A stretch of DNA of 64,000 nt from a virus: positions 13,442 through 77,441 of IMG/VR virus record IMGVR_UViG_3300011013_000009. The stretch is one strand, 5' to 3'. The notes under the pieces were generated by a model. That model was not told the DNA's origin, did not search any database, and saw nothing but the letters and a program-made list of their open reading frames with translations. Positions within the stretch are counted from its first letter, which is position 1. Each line of letters starts with the position of its first letter. Made by a program: the position numbers and the translations under genes. This document shows, piece after piece, positions 37,466 through 47,815 of this stretch.

Positions 37466-40400
37466 ATGGCAAAACAGCGGGCAGTAAAAAAAGGATTTGA
37501 TACAATTCCAACTTATTTTACAGACACATCTGTATCATCTCCAGATGTATTCAAAATTACTAAACTCCCATTACGATTCACAGCCGGCAAAAATTTAATT
37601 AAATTACAAGGCAATACTGATAATTTAAAATTAGGAACACTTGTTGATGTTGAAGTTTTAGATTATAATGGAGACCCAATATATTCTGAGTTTATTGATT
37701 ATCTAGAAGAAGATAAGTCTAGAGTCATTGCAATTTATGTTTATGAAGATACATCTCCTGGTGACTGTACTGTTACTATTACTGGAACGTTGTCTAAACT
37801 CAACGGACAGCCAGTTCCACAAGAATGGCAAGGCAAAACAAATGTTAAATGGATTAAACAATTTCCAGTTAATCCTACAGATCCAAATGAAACAGAAATA
37901 ATATTCACAAAAGAACCTACAATAACTGTTGAAGAAAATGTAGGAGTACAGTTAGATAGAAATTATACAACAACTCAATTCCCAACATATACTACAGGAA
38001 CAGTTGAATATTTTTTTAAAAATAATCAGCCGGCATTACAATTAGTAGGTGGAAAATTTGAAGGAGATATGATCGGAGGAACTATTACAGTTGCTAGCCC
38101 AACAAACCCAGCACCAACACCAAATTATACTCCATCCACTACACAATTTACATCTAAAATAAAAAAAGTATTAAATGACAATTCAGTAACATTAGAAACA
38201 CCATTTACTGTTTTAAGCAACAAAACAATATCATCTCATACATATAATCATTTTGATCCATCATCATTTAGTTTATCATATGAAGCAGACCCAACATATG
38301 TCGCAACACAAAATTCAGAATCATTTGCATTATTACAAATAAATGATTTAGATCCAGCAACAGGAGATATTTCAAGAATAAAAGTTTATACCAACGGGAG
38401 TGGCACTGTTGGCACATGGGAACAAGTAAATGATGTATTGTTAGAAGGCACAGAAATATTTGTAGATTCTACAGCATCATTAACACCAGATCAATCTATA
38501 GGAATATTTACAACACAAAGTATAATTGATACGTATTGGGAAGGACATTTATATTTAGGCAATTCTGAATCAACTGAACCAGCTTTATTATGGAGGACTG
38601 GATCAATTAATAATGGAATGTTAATTCGCAGTACTACAAATATTAATGCAAAAACAGATGTATTGGTTGCACAAGTAACAGATCAATATTCTGGATTTTT
38701 CGTAAGCCAGTCACAATATAAAGTTACAATTGATGCATTTGCAGAAAGAAGTATTTTATCAGATTATAATAATCCTAAACTATCGATATATGCATCTGGT
38801 TCTGCATTTAATTTTGATACAACCGATGTTCTAAATCAATCGTTGCCAGTAACATTAGGTAAGAAAATTGGAGAAATAGAAAGCACTGCAAAAACATCGC
38901 AACGGTATGATGATATAGAATTTGAATTTAAATCAGATCAATCAGGTAATGGCTCTTTGTTATTTGTAGTAGAAGCAGGAAAATGGTATATTGCTGATAT
39001 AAGAACAGTAACAAGTGCAGAAATAGGTTACAGCCCAAATTACACAAGAATTAGATCTGAAATACCAACTAAACATAAAAGTGATAATCAATTATCATTT
39101 AAAGTAGAATATTATAATGTAATTGGTGATAGAAGTAAAACTATTAGTTATGTTAATAATAAAACTTGGGAAGGTGGAAATAGATATATTGACGGAGCAT
39201 TTTCAATGCTTACTGGTTCATTATATGTAGCTGATACATTAGAATCAGGTATAGATATTTCCGGATTAAAAGATACAGGCTTTATTCGTTCATTACCATA
39301 TGGAGGATTTAATCAAGCAACAGGATCAGGAGCACCAGGATTTTTATTGTTTTCTGGATCTGCATTGCCAAATCAAACAGCAACATCATATCAAGGCGTT
39401 GGATTAGAAATGGTTGCTGATGCAAATAACTATTTTAGATTTAGAACCAATCCATCAATATTAGATATAAGAACAGAAACAATATTTTTGAGTGGTAGTA
39501 ATGTTGAAATAAATACTCCAAATTTCTTTTTAGGAGTGGAAGGAGGAGTTTATTTATCTGGATCAAATGGAAATATTGCAATTTCTGCTTCTAATTTTTC
39601 TGTATCTCAAGAAGGAAGTGTAACTGCATCAAATGCATTATTTAGTGGAGTAGCATTAGCTAATATTATACGGGATAAAACTATAATTGTAAATGATGGT
39701 AATAGCGGAAGTTATTTACAATTAGTAGATATAGAACCAGGCGGTGGTATATGTTATGCAACACAAGTTGTTTTCGATGGGTCATTGGGTGGAGAAACAG
39801 TCCGAAGACTACGTATAGCAACAACTAATTTACCATATTCGCCAACCTTCCCTGCCGGCACAAACGGAGCACCTATAGGAGATTTTTTACTTCCGGAATT
39901 ATCTAGTACATCAAAATTAGATTTTGTTTTAGAATTTGCTGGTGACAATAAATCTGTATTTGATGTGTTTACTCCATCGAAAGCAGCCGGTGGCCCTAGC
40001 CCCCCACCATTCACTTGTCCACCAGACTATATTACATTAGACGCGAATTCTGTATTAACTTTCGTAGCCGGCGGATCTGGGCTTACTTGGTTAACAACTG
40101 CTGGTACACAACACCCGTTTGATCATACATTTAACCGCAATATTACAATCGGAGATGGAGATTCAAGTGGAGGATCAATACAGGTAATAAAGTCAGGGTC
40201 AAATACCGGCACCTCTGCCAGGATTGGTCCTTATATTGAACTTATTAATCCAACTTATGGAAACACTAATAAATTTACTATATCACAAGGAGGAACTACT
40301 GGAACTACTCCACTCGTATTAGCAAACAATGAGCCATATTGGGGAATTGTATCTAACCAAGTAGGTACTATATTTAATGAACCATATATAGCATTTTCTG

Positions 40401-40768
40401 GATCTTTAAATGGAGATACTAGAAAAACAATGATTACTAGTGCACTGTATCACAATTGGCGCGAAATATCATCTGCTGGAACATATGATGCCAACGGAGA
40501 TGATTATTTTATTATTGTTAATCACACAACTGGTACTGTTACAATAGAGCCATCTGCCGTAGCTTCGGAACAAGGGCGTGTTTTAAAAATAATATATACC
40601 GGAACTGGTGGAACATTAGTTATTAATCCTCCCGGCTTCGGAGTTATATTAATTGCCGGTGGAGGAGTACTAACTAGGACTACTACTGTGCAAGGATCTG
40701 CTATATCATTAGTAGCAAACGGAGCTACATCGTGGATACAATTCGCAGAAACTGGCACATGGACATAA
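37466..40768 (+). CDS. Large tail/baseplate structural protein with fibre-like C terminus
   Basis: Late motif at 37440; beta-rich, SGS-rich; C-terminal DDYFIIVN...GRVLKII...W fibre-tip-like module. Confidence 0.6.
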   Translation: MAKQRAVKKGFDTIPTYFTDTSVSSPDVFKITKLPLRFTAGKNLIKLQGNTDNLKLGTLVDVEVLDYNGDPIYSEFIDYLEEDKSRVIAIYVYEDTSPGDCTVTITGTLSKLNGQPVPQEWQGKTNVKWIKQFPVNPTDPNETEIIFTKEPTITVEENVGVQLDRNYTTTQFPTYTTGTVEYFFKNNQPALQLVGGKFEGDMIGGTITVASPTNPAPTPNYTPSTTQFTSKIKKVLNDNSVTLETPFTVLSNKTISSHTYNHFDPSSFSLSYEADPTYVATQNSESFALLQINDLDPATGDISRIKVYTNGSGTVGTWEQVNDVLLEGTEIFVDSTASLTPDQSIGIFTTQSIIDTYWEGHLYLGNSESTEPALLWRTGSINNGMLIRSTTNINAKTDVLVAQVTDQYSGFFVSQSQYKVTIDAFAERSILSDYNNPKLSIYASGSAFNFDTTDVLNQSLPVTLGKKIGEIESTAKTSQRYDDIEFEFKSDQSGNGSLLFVVEAGKWYIADIRTVTSAEIGYSPNYTRIRSEIPTKHKSDNQLSFKVEYYNVIGDRSKTISYVNNKTWEGGNRYIDGAFSMLTGSLYVADTLESGIDISGLKDTGFIRSLPYGGFNQATGSGAPGFLLFSGSALPNQTATSYQGVGLEMVADANNYFRFRTNPSILDIRTETIFLSGSNVEINTPNFFLGVEGGVYLSGSNGNIAISASNFSVSQEGSVTASNALFSGVALANIIRDKTIIVNDGNSGSYLQLVDIEPGGGICYATQVVFDGSLGGETVRRLRIATTNLPYSPTFPAGTNGAPIGDFLLPELSSTSKLDFVLEFAGDNKSVFDVFTPSKAAGGPSPPPFTCPPDYITLDANSVLTFVAGGSGLTWLTTAGTQHPFDHTFNRNITIGDGDSSGGSIQVIKSGSNTGTSARIGPYIELINPTYGNTNKFTISQGGTTGTTPLVLANNEPYWGIVSNQVGTIFNEPYIAFSGSLNGDTRKTMITSALYHNWREISSAGTYDANGDDYFIIVNHTTGTVTIEPSAVASEQGRVLKIIYTGTGGTLVINPPGFGVILIAGGGVLTRTTTVQGSAISLVANGATSWIQFAETGTWT

Positions 40769-40817
40769 TTTTAATATTAATATAAACTAACTAGATATTT
40801 ATAATAAAGAATAAAAA

Positions 40818-43800
40818 ATGGATAAAGTAACAGTATTATTCCCAGGAGGATTTAAACCAATCACAGGAGCTCATATGGCTCTTGCTCAACGATACGCACA
40901 AAACCCAAATGTTAATAAAGTTTTAATGTTTATTGGACCAAAAGCAAGACATGGAGTAACAAGAGATCAATCCAAACAAATATTCAATTTATTAAATAGA
41001 AACAAAAAAATACAATTAATATATTCTAGATTAAATTCTCCAATTGCATCAGCATTTGATTATTTACTTACAATGCCAGAAGACACTGTCGGAAAATTTG
41101 CATTAGCAGCTGCGAATAAAGATAAAGACTATGTACGAATAAAAGATTTTATTGGAGCAGTTGATAAATATAAAATTAATCCAGACAAAAAAGGAAATAA
41201 AATTCCACAAGGAGTAGATGCTATAGAATTAATGGTAAATGTAGACCCATTAACATATCCAAACGGAGAACCTATATCTGCAGATTCAACTATATCTACA
41301 ATAAATTCCGGAGAGTTATCAAAATTTAAAGACAGCTATCCAAATTACTCAGATGCTATAGTAAAAAATATATGGCAACTATTAGGTGGAGAATCTACAT
41401 TTGGAGATGAATTTGGAGATGAAGCAAAATCAAGAGTACAAAAAAGTGCGGGCATAAAACCAAAAGAAGATTTTTCTACACAAATGCCATTAATAGGATG
41501 GGAATATGATAAATTTGTAGAGAATTATAAAAATCTACACCCAGATAATGTAGTAGAAGATGGCCCTGATAATTACACATATGGATATAGAAAAGGCGAT
41601 ACCCAAGCCCATTGGAAATATGATGATTTAGACAATGTAATACAATCAGACTCGAATAAAGAAATTAGAAAAGTAATTGGATCTCCCCAAACCGCAACGT
41701 TATGGAAAGAATCTAAATATGGCAATCAAGTGTCGTGGAATACAAGTCCTATACAAACAGCTTCTGGCCAAATGCCAAAAGAAAAACACACTGATGGTAA
41801 AGGAAATGAATTGCCAACTAAAGATGAATACGAAATAGGAGACAAAGTAGAAATCCCATATCAATATATGGTTACTACTGGAATAGTTAGAAGTATTGAT
41901 AAGAGAGGCAAATCAAACCCAAGAAATTGGGAATATACAGTACAACAAAAAGGCGATGAAGCAGGAACAAAAGAAGAGGATGGTTATAACGGACCTAGGT
42001 CATATCCATGGGGATATGATATATATGGGTATTGGCCTGATAAAGAAAAAAATGAAAGTATACTCACAAAAGATTGGTGGGTAAATGAATTACTTGCAGA
42101 TGCAAAACAAATGTTCAATGAATTAAGAACAGGCAAAAGATTAAGAGTATTTGATTTTGATGACACATTAAGCAAAATGAATGCTACTATATATGTTACA
42201 CACAGAGATGGAAATAAGACAAATTTAAGTCCAGCAGAATTTGCAGTATATGAGCCAAGGCCAGGCGATGACTTTGATTTTAGAGATTTTGATAAAATTA
42301 TAAAAGGAGCAACACCAATATCTGTTAACATAGAAGCACTACGAAAAGCACAAAATGATCCTGGAGCAAAAACAACAATATTAACTGCGAGAGGAATAGG
42401 ATACCCAGTAAAAAGATATTTAGAAAGAGAACACGGAATAAAAAATGTTTATGTAGTAGCATTAGGTTCATCAGACCCAATGGATAAAGCAAGGTGGATA
42501 GAAGACCAAATTAAAAAAGGATATGACGACATTTATTTTATAGACGATTCTCATAAAAATATAGCCGCAGTAAAAACATTGATAGATAAATATCCAGATG
42601 TACATATGGATGTCGAATTGGCAGAAGGATATGAAACTCCAAAAGGAGCTAAAGCGCACATTAAAAAAATAAGCAAATTAAGAAAATATTTAGATAAAGA
42701 TGATAATAAAGGATTTGTTTATGACTTCGATAAATTTCCTAAAACTGTGTTTGGAACCAAACATTTAACTGAAGGCGGATTAGCTGGACATATGAATCAC
42801 CCATTTGAGCGAGCAACATCAAGATCACTGACATTTGGAGATATGAAAGAAATAGTTGCTAGGGCATTACAAGGAAGATTAGATATTGAATCTGTTGTAA
42901 CAGAAAAGACTGATGGATTAAATATATTTGTAACAGTTAAAGATGGACAAGTTAAATTTGCAAGAAATAAAGGAGAAAGAGTCAATCCACTAACTGCAAA
43001 AGAGTTAGCTACAAAATTTGCCGGTCGAGGAGATTTAACAAAAGCATTCACAGAAACTGGGGAAGATTTAGCATCAGCATTTTCACAAGTTAATTCAGAA
43101 ACAATACAAAGTATATTCCAAAATGGACGTGTATTTGCAAACATGGAAATTATATATCCAGATACTAAAAATGTTATTTCATATGATATTGCAGCATTAC
43201 AATTTCACAATTTACAGGAATTTGATGAAAAAGGAAATGTAGTCCAAACTGATATGACAGGAGCAAATGTAATACAAAAAGCAGTCGAAGATGCAAATGC
43301 TCATATGCAAAAAACATTTAATTTAATACCACCAAATAAAATTAAAGTTGGACAGTTAGAAGATTTTGAAGATTACCAAGATGCGTTATTTAATGAATTA
43401 GACCAATTAAAAAATCAATATGAATTAGATGATAAAGATACTATATCTGAATATCATAAAGGGTGGTGGAGAGATGTAATACAAGATAAAGCAACTGAAT
43501 TAGGATATGAAATTCCAGAAGAAGTTTTAGAATTGTTAGTCGATAGATGGGCATTCAATTTAAAAGGCACAAGAATCACAGCTGTTAAAAAAATGATTGA
43601 CAATGAAAAATTTGCAAATTGGGTTACTGATTTTGATAAAAAAGATTTTAAACAATATCAAAAACAAAATGTAGAACCATTTGAATCTGTATTTTTAAAA
43701 TTAGGTGCAGAGGTATTAAAGAATGTTTCTAGTATGTTGGCTGCAAATCCTAATAAAACGGCACAACAAATAAGAAAAGATTTAGCATCTGTAATTCGAG

Positions 43801-43997
43801 AACTAAGAGCAACCAATGATTTAAGAAAATTAGAATTAATGAAAACACATTTACAAAAAATTCAACGAATGGGAGGATTTGAAAAAATCGTGCCAATTGA
43901 AGGTTTAGTATTCGTGTATGGTGGGAATACTTATAAATTAACTGGATCATTTGCACCAATAAATCAAATATTAAACATTGTAAAGTATTCTAGATAA
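40818..43997 (+). CDS. Multidomain enzyme: HIGH-type nucleotidyltransferase + HAD phosphatase + ligase-fold (KxDG) domain
   Basis: FPGGFKPITGAH; VFDFDDTL/LTARG/FIDDS; EKTDG...ARN...NME...EGLVF...YKLTG. Confidence 0.75.
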   Translation: MDKVTVLFPGGFKPITGAHMALAQRYAQNPNVNKVLMFIGPKARHGVTRDQSKQIFNLLNRNKKIQLIYSRLNSPIASAFDYLLTMPEDTVGKFALAAANKDKDYVRIKDFIGAVDKYKINPDKKGNKIPQGVDAIELMVNVDPLTYPNGEPISADSTISTINSGELSKFKDSYPNYSDAIVKNIWQLLGGESTFGDEFGDEAKSRVQKSAGIKPKEDFSTQMPLIGWEYDKFVENYKNLHPDNVVEDGPDNYTYGYRKGDTQAHWKYDDLDNVIQSDSNKEIRKVIGSPQTATLWKESKYGNQVSWNTSPIQTASGQMPKEKHTDGKGNELPTKDEYEIGDKVEIPYQYMVTTGIVRSIDKRGKSNPRNWEYTVQQKGDEAGTKEEDGYNGPRSYPWGYDIYGYWPDKEKNESILTKDWWVNELLADAKQMFNELRTGKRLRVFDFDDTLSKMNATIYVTHRDGNKTNLSPAEFAVYEPRPGDDFDFRDFDKIIKGATPISVNIEALRKAQNDPGAKTTILTARGIGYPVKRYLEREHGIKNVYVVALGSSDPMDKARWIEDQIKKGYDDIYFIDDSHKNIAAVKTLIDKYPDVHMDVELAEGYETPKGAKAHIKKISKLRKYLDKDDNKGFVYDFDKFPKTVFGTKHLTEGGLAGHMNHPFERATSRSLTFGDMKEIVARALQGRLDIESVVTEKTDGLNIFVTVKDGQVKFARNKGERVNPLTAKELATKFAGRGDLTKAFTETGEDLASAFSQVNSETIQSIFQNGRVFANMEIIYPDTKNVISYDIAALQFHNLQEFDEKGNVVQTDMTGANVIQKAVEDANAHMQKTFNLIPPNKIKVGQLEDFEDYQDALFNELDQLKNQYELDDKDTISEYHKGWWRDVIQDKATELGYEIPEEVLELLVDRWAFNLKGTRITAVKKMIDNEKFANWVTDFDKKDFKQYQKQNVEPFESVFLKLGAEVLKNVSSMLAANPNKTAQQIRKDLASVIRELRATNDLRKLELMKTHLQKIQRMGGFEKIVPIEGLVFVYGGNTYKLTGSFAPINQILNIVKYSR

Positions 43998-44025
43998 TAT
44001 TTATATTAAAAATAAGGCAATAGCT

Positions 44026-44874
44026 ATGGCTAAAAAGTACAAAAAACCAGAAAATAAAAAACATAAACCCAGAAAAGATTTAAAAGATTATGAGGGAAAA
44101 GAGACTGAAAATATGGTATTAGACGCATCAGGCGAACCACAACCAGATGTTCCTAGAAAAATTAAATATTCAGACATAGGCGATTCTGAAAATATGGTTT
44201 ATGATGTAAAAGATTCTGATAGGGCATATCCAATAAAAGATATGCAAGACGGAGATCCTAAGATGGCTAAACACGCATTAAAAACATTTGATAAAAACGT
44301 AGAAGCTGATGCTGACGATTTTATAGAAACATTGTCAAAAAAGGATGGTGGGTATACTTCTAAATTAAAAAAATTAACTAAAGAACAAAAAGAAAAATTC
44401 GTTAGAGCTATAGTTCGTAAGCGTATTGAACAATTTATTAATGAATCAGTACAGTTAGAACAAGGCGATCCAGAAGAAGAGCCATTAGCTGATACTCCAG
44501 AGCCTGCACCAGCCCCCGAAGCACCAGCAGTTCCTGCAGATCAAACAGAACCTGCACCAACTCCCGAAATACCTGCAGAACCAGAATCAACTCCTGAAAT
44601 GCCGGCGCCAACAGGAGCGGCTACTTCACCCGAAGCACCTGAAGCACCAGAAGCATCAGCCGACCCAAATGATCCGGATGGCGATGGTATGCCAGGCGAT
44701 TCTAGAATTGATAACTTTGTATTAGCAGTTCAACAAAAACCAAATATTGTACAGCAAATAAAAATGATTATGGATGTAATAAATAAAATTACTGCTGAAG
44801 ATGATAGAAAACAAAAAATTGGAAAAATTGGTTTATTAAAGCGAGTTGTAGATAGAGCAATTTCAAGATTATAA
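44026..44874 (+). CDS. Putative head-associated protein with Pro/Ala/Glu-rich linker
   Basis: Late motif at 43997; FINE followed by a PEPAP-rich segment. Confidence 0.6.
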   Translation: MAKKYKKPENKKHKPRKDLKDYEGKETENMVLDASGEPQPDVPRKIKYSDIGDSENMVYDVKDSDRAYPIKDMQDGDPKMAKHALKTFDKNVEADADDFIETLSKKDGGYTSKLKKLTKEQKEKFVRAIVRKRIEQFINESVQLEQGDPEEEPLADTPEPAPAPEAPAVPADQTEPAPTPEIPAEPESTPEMPAPTGAATSPEAPEAPEASADPNDPDGDGMPGDSRIDNFVLAVQQKPNIVQQIKMIMDVINKITAEDDRKQKIGKIGLLKRVVDRAISRL

Positions 44875-44883
44875 AAGGATAAT

Positions 44884-45522
44884 ATGTCAAAAAAGTTACA
44901 AAATATAAAAGCAGTGAAAAAAATGCTCGAAGGAACTCATGCATTTCAAACAAAGAAAACTCACGGATTTTCAGATGCTAAAAAAACAGCAGACAAAAAT
45001 CAAAAACGAGAAGTGGGAGATATCTGGGATGAAGAAATTAATGGTACCCTTTACACAATAGAACAAAAAAAAGGGTTTAGAATAAAAAAACCAAAAAATT
45101 CAATCGCATCAGATATAAAAGAATATTTAAAATCATTTCCAAATTGTCCAAAAGAAACATGTACATGTAAAGCGCCAAATCGATTAGATAATAAGATGCG
45201 TATATATCACGGAAAATGTTTTGATTGTGTTATTGATATGGAACATCAATTACGTGTAGAAGGAAAATACGAAGAGTATGAAAAAAATAGAATAAAAAAT
45301 AATGCAGTTGCTTGGTTAAAAAAAGCAGAAGAAGATGTTAAAATGTTAAAAAAAGCATACACCGAAGCTAGTACAATAGTTACTAATGCAGATGGTTTAA
45401 CAGAGAATTGGGCAGCAAAAATGACTCCGGAACAATTCGAAGAATCAGTACAACAAAATTTTGATAAGTTTAAAAAAGAATTTTTAGAAAATTTAAATAA
45501 AGAAGAAAATGAAGACAATTAA
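44884..45522 (+). CDS. Cys-cluster hypothetical protein
   Basis: CPKETCTC...HGKCFDC; AAGGA upstream. Confidence 0.75.
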   Translation: MSKKLQNIKAVKKMLEGTHAFQTKKTHGFSDAKKTADKNQKREVGDIWDEEINGTLYTIEQKKGFRIKKPKNSIASDIKEYLKSFPNCPKETCTCKAPNRLDNKMRIYHGKCFDCVIDMEHQLRVEGKYEEYEKNRIKNNAVAWLKKAEEDVKMLKKAYTEASTIVTNADGLTENWAAKMTPEQFEESVQQNFDKFKKEFLENLNKEENEDN

Positions 45523-45829
45523 AAAATATTGGAAAATAATTGCAGGTGCAATTGTAGGATTATTTGGATTAATATTTCTAGTTTCAAGAAAAATAACTGC
45601 AAACAAATTAGATAAAACAGAAGAAGAAATTGATAAAAATAATTCAAAAGTCGATAAATTATCAGGAAAATTGGAACGAATTAAAGAGGAAGAAGAAGAA
45701 GCTAAAGCAGACATTAAAAAACAAAAAAAAGATATTAAAGAGGCAAAAAAGAAAAAAGACACCGTTCCTACAACAAAGAGAACTACTGCCGATGCTAAGA
45801 AAAATATAATCAAAAAAACTCGGAAATGA
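45509..45829 (+). CDS. Membrane-anchored coiled-coil protein (spanin-like architecture)
   Basis: N-terminal TM plus charged coil. Confidence 0.45.
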   Translation: MKTIKKYWKIIAGAIVGLFGLIFLVSRKITANKLDKTEEEIDKNNSKVDKLSGKLERIKEEEEEAKADIKKQKKDIKEAKKKKDTVPTTKRTTADAKKNIIKKTRK

Positions 45830-46206
45830 AAAAATTTTTTATTATATTATTATTATTACCAGTTTTTTCGTTTACACAAACTGTTGATACTTGTTTTACA
45901 GAAGAACAAATACATGATATATCTGAAACAATAGATTCATTATATTATTTAGATTCTGTTAACAATGATATTATAATAAAACAAGACAAGTTAATATCTA
46001 GTTTAGATCGATTAAATAAATTAGATTCATTACAAAAATTATATTATCAACAACAAATTGATTTATTAAACAGTAACATTGATTTATATATTGAACGAGA
46101 AGACCTTATAAAACCAAAATGGTATGATAGCAAAATAATTTGGTTTGGTGCTGGTATATTAACTACGGTATTGACCGGAAAGTTAATTGTAGAAGTGGTT
46201 CAATAA
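45826..46206 (+). CDS. Signal-peptide coiled-coil protein with C-terminal TM (spanin-partner-like)
   Basis: MKKFFIILLLLPVFSFT-Q signal; KPKWY..IWFGAG TM. Confidence 0.45.
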   Translation: MKKFFIILLLLPVFSFTQTVDTCFTEEQIHDISETIDSLYYLDSVNNDIIIKQDKLISSLDRLNKLDSLQKLYYQQQIDLLNSNIDLYIEREDLIKPKWYDSKIIWFGAGILTTVLTGKLIVEVVQ

Positions 46207-46207
46207 T

Positions 46208-47785
46208 ATGGCTGAAAAAAATATAAAACAAATAATTGAAGAACAATATGTAAAGTGTGCAAATGATCCAGTATACTTTATGCGACAGTTTTGCTATATT
46301 CAACATCCTTTAAAAGGAAAAATCAAATTCGATTTATTTCCATTTCAAGAAGAATCACTATCTACTTTACAAAATAGTCGTTATAGCGTAATATTAAAAT
46401 CAAGGCAGTTGGGTATATCAACATTATCTGCTGGATATGCATTGTGGTCGATGTTATTTAATGAAGACTTCAACGTTTTGGTTATAGCAACAACACAAGA
46501 TGTAGCAAAAAACTTAGTAAGTAAAGTTCAAATAATGAATGAAAATTTACCTAGTTGGTTAAAAACTACAATAACAACTAATAATAAATTATCATTAAAA
46601 TTTTCAAATGGTTCGCAAATAAAAGCAATTTCAAGTGCATCAACAGGAGCTCGGTCAGAAGCATTATCATTACTAATAGTTGATGAAGCCGCATTTATTA
46701 GAAACATCGAAGAGATATGGGTGGCATCACAAGCAACGCTATCAACAGGTGGTGGCGCTATTGTTTTATCTACCCCAAATGGTTTAGGAAATTGGTTTCA
46801 TCAAATATGGGCAGATGCTGAAACTGGCACAAATGGGTTTGAAACAATTAAGTTAAAATGGGACCTTCACCCAGAACGTGATCAATCTTGGAGAGATGAC
46901 CAAACAAAGTTATTAGGCGAAAGAGGAGCAGCTCAAGAATGTGATTGTGATTTTATATCATCAGGTCATACTATTGTCGATGGGGCAATATTACAACAAT
47001 ATGAATTAAAATGTGAAGATCCGGTTGAAAAAAGAGGATATGATAACGGTTATTGGATTTGGGAATATCCAGACTATACAAAAAATTATATAGTAGTAGC
47101 AGATGTCGCAAGGGGCGATGGAGCAGATTGGTCTGCATTTCATGTAATCGATGTTGAAACAATAACCCAGGTAGCAGAGTATAAAGGAAAGCTACCACCT
47201 AAAGATTTTGGCAACATGTTAGTATCAGTTGCAACAGAATGGAATAATGCATTATTAGCAATTGAAAATGCAAATATAGGATGGGCGGCAGTACAGCCAG
47301 CATTAGATAGAGGATATGAAAATCTATTTTATACATATAAAACAGAAGGATATGTAGATTTAGAAGTACAATTACAAAAAGGATATGACATAAAAGATAA
47401 AACAAAAATGGTACCTGGAGTCTCAACTACAAGTAGAACTAGGCCATTAATGATATCTGCATTAGAAATGTATATGAGAGAAGGAACGCCTATTATTAAA
47501 TCAAAACGACTTATACAAGAATTATTTGTATTTGTCTGGCTTAACGGTAAAGCACAGGCACAGATTGGTTATAATGATGACTTAGTAATGAGTTATGCAA
47601 TAGGATTGTGGTTAAGAGATACTAGTTTAAAATTAAGACAACATGGAATTGAATTAAATAAACGAGCATTATCACAATTTAGAAAAACAGATACAACCAT
47701 TTATACTAATAATAACACAAAACAAAATGATAGTTGGAAATGGAATAATGGTTCAGAAGACGAAAATTTAACCTGGCTTCTGTAA
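46208..47785 (+). CDS. terL: Terminase large subunit (T4 gp17-like)
   Basis: LKSRQLGIST, IVDEAAFI, STPNG, AQECDCDF, ADVARGDG, NDDLVMS. Confidence 0.96.
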   Translation: MAEKNIKQIIEEQYVKCANDPVYFMRQFCYIQHPLKGKIKFDLFPFQEESLSTLQNSRYSVILKSRQLGISTLSAGYALWSMLFNEDFNVLVIATTQDVAKNLVSKVQIMNENLPSWLKTTITTNNKLSLKFSNGSQIKAISSASTGARSEALSLLIVDEAAFIRNIEEIWVASQATLSTGGGAIVLSTPNGLGNWFHQIWADAETGTNGFETIKLKWDLHPERDQSWRDDQTKLLGERGAAQECDCDFISSGHTIVDGAILQQYELKCEDPVEKRGYDNGYWIWEYPDYTKNYIVVADVARGDGADWSAFHVIDVETITQVAEYKGKLPPKDFGNMLVSVATEWNNALLAIENANIGWAAVQPALDRGYENLFYTYKTEGYVDLEVQLQKGYDIKDKTKMVPGVSTTSRTRPLMISALEMYMREGTPIIKSKRLIQELFVFVWLNGKAQAQIGYNDDLVMSYAIGLWLRDTSLKLRQHGIELNKRALSQFRKTDTTIYTNNNTKQNDSWKWNNGSEDENLTWLL

Positions 47786-47815
47786 TAAGATATATTTATA
47801 TAAAAAAAGAAAACA

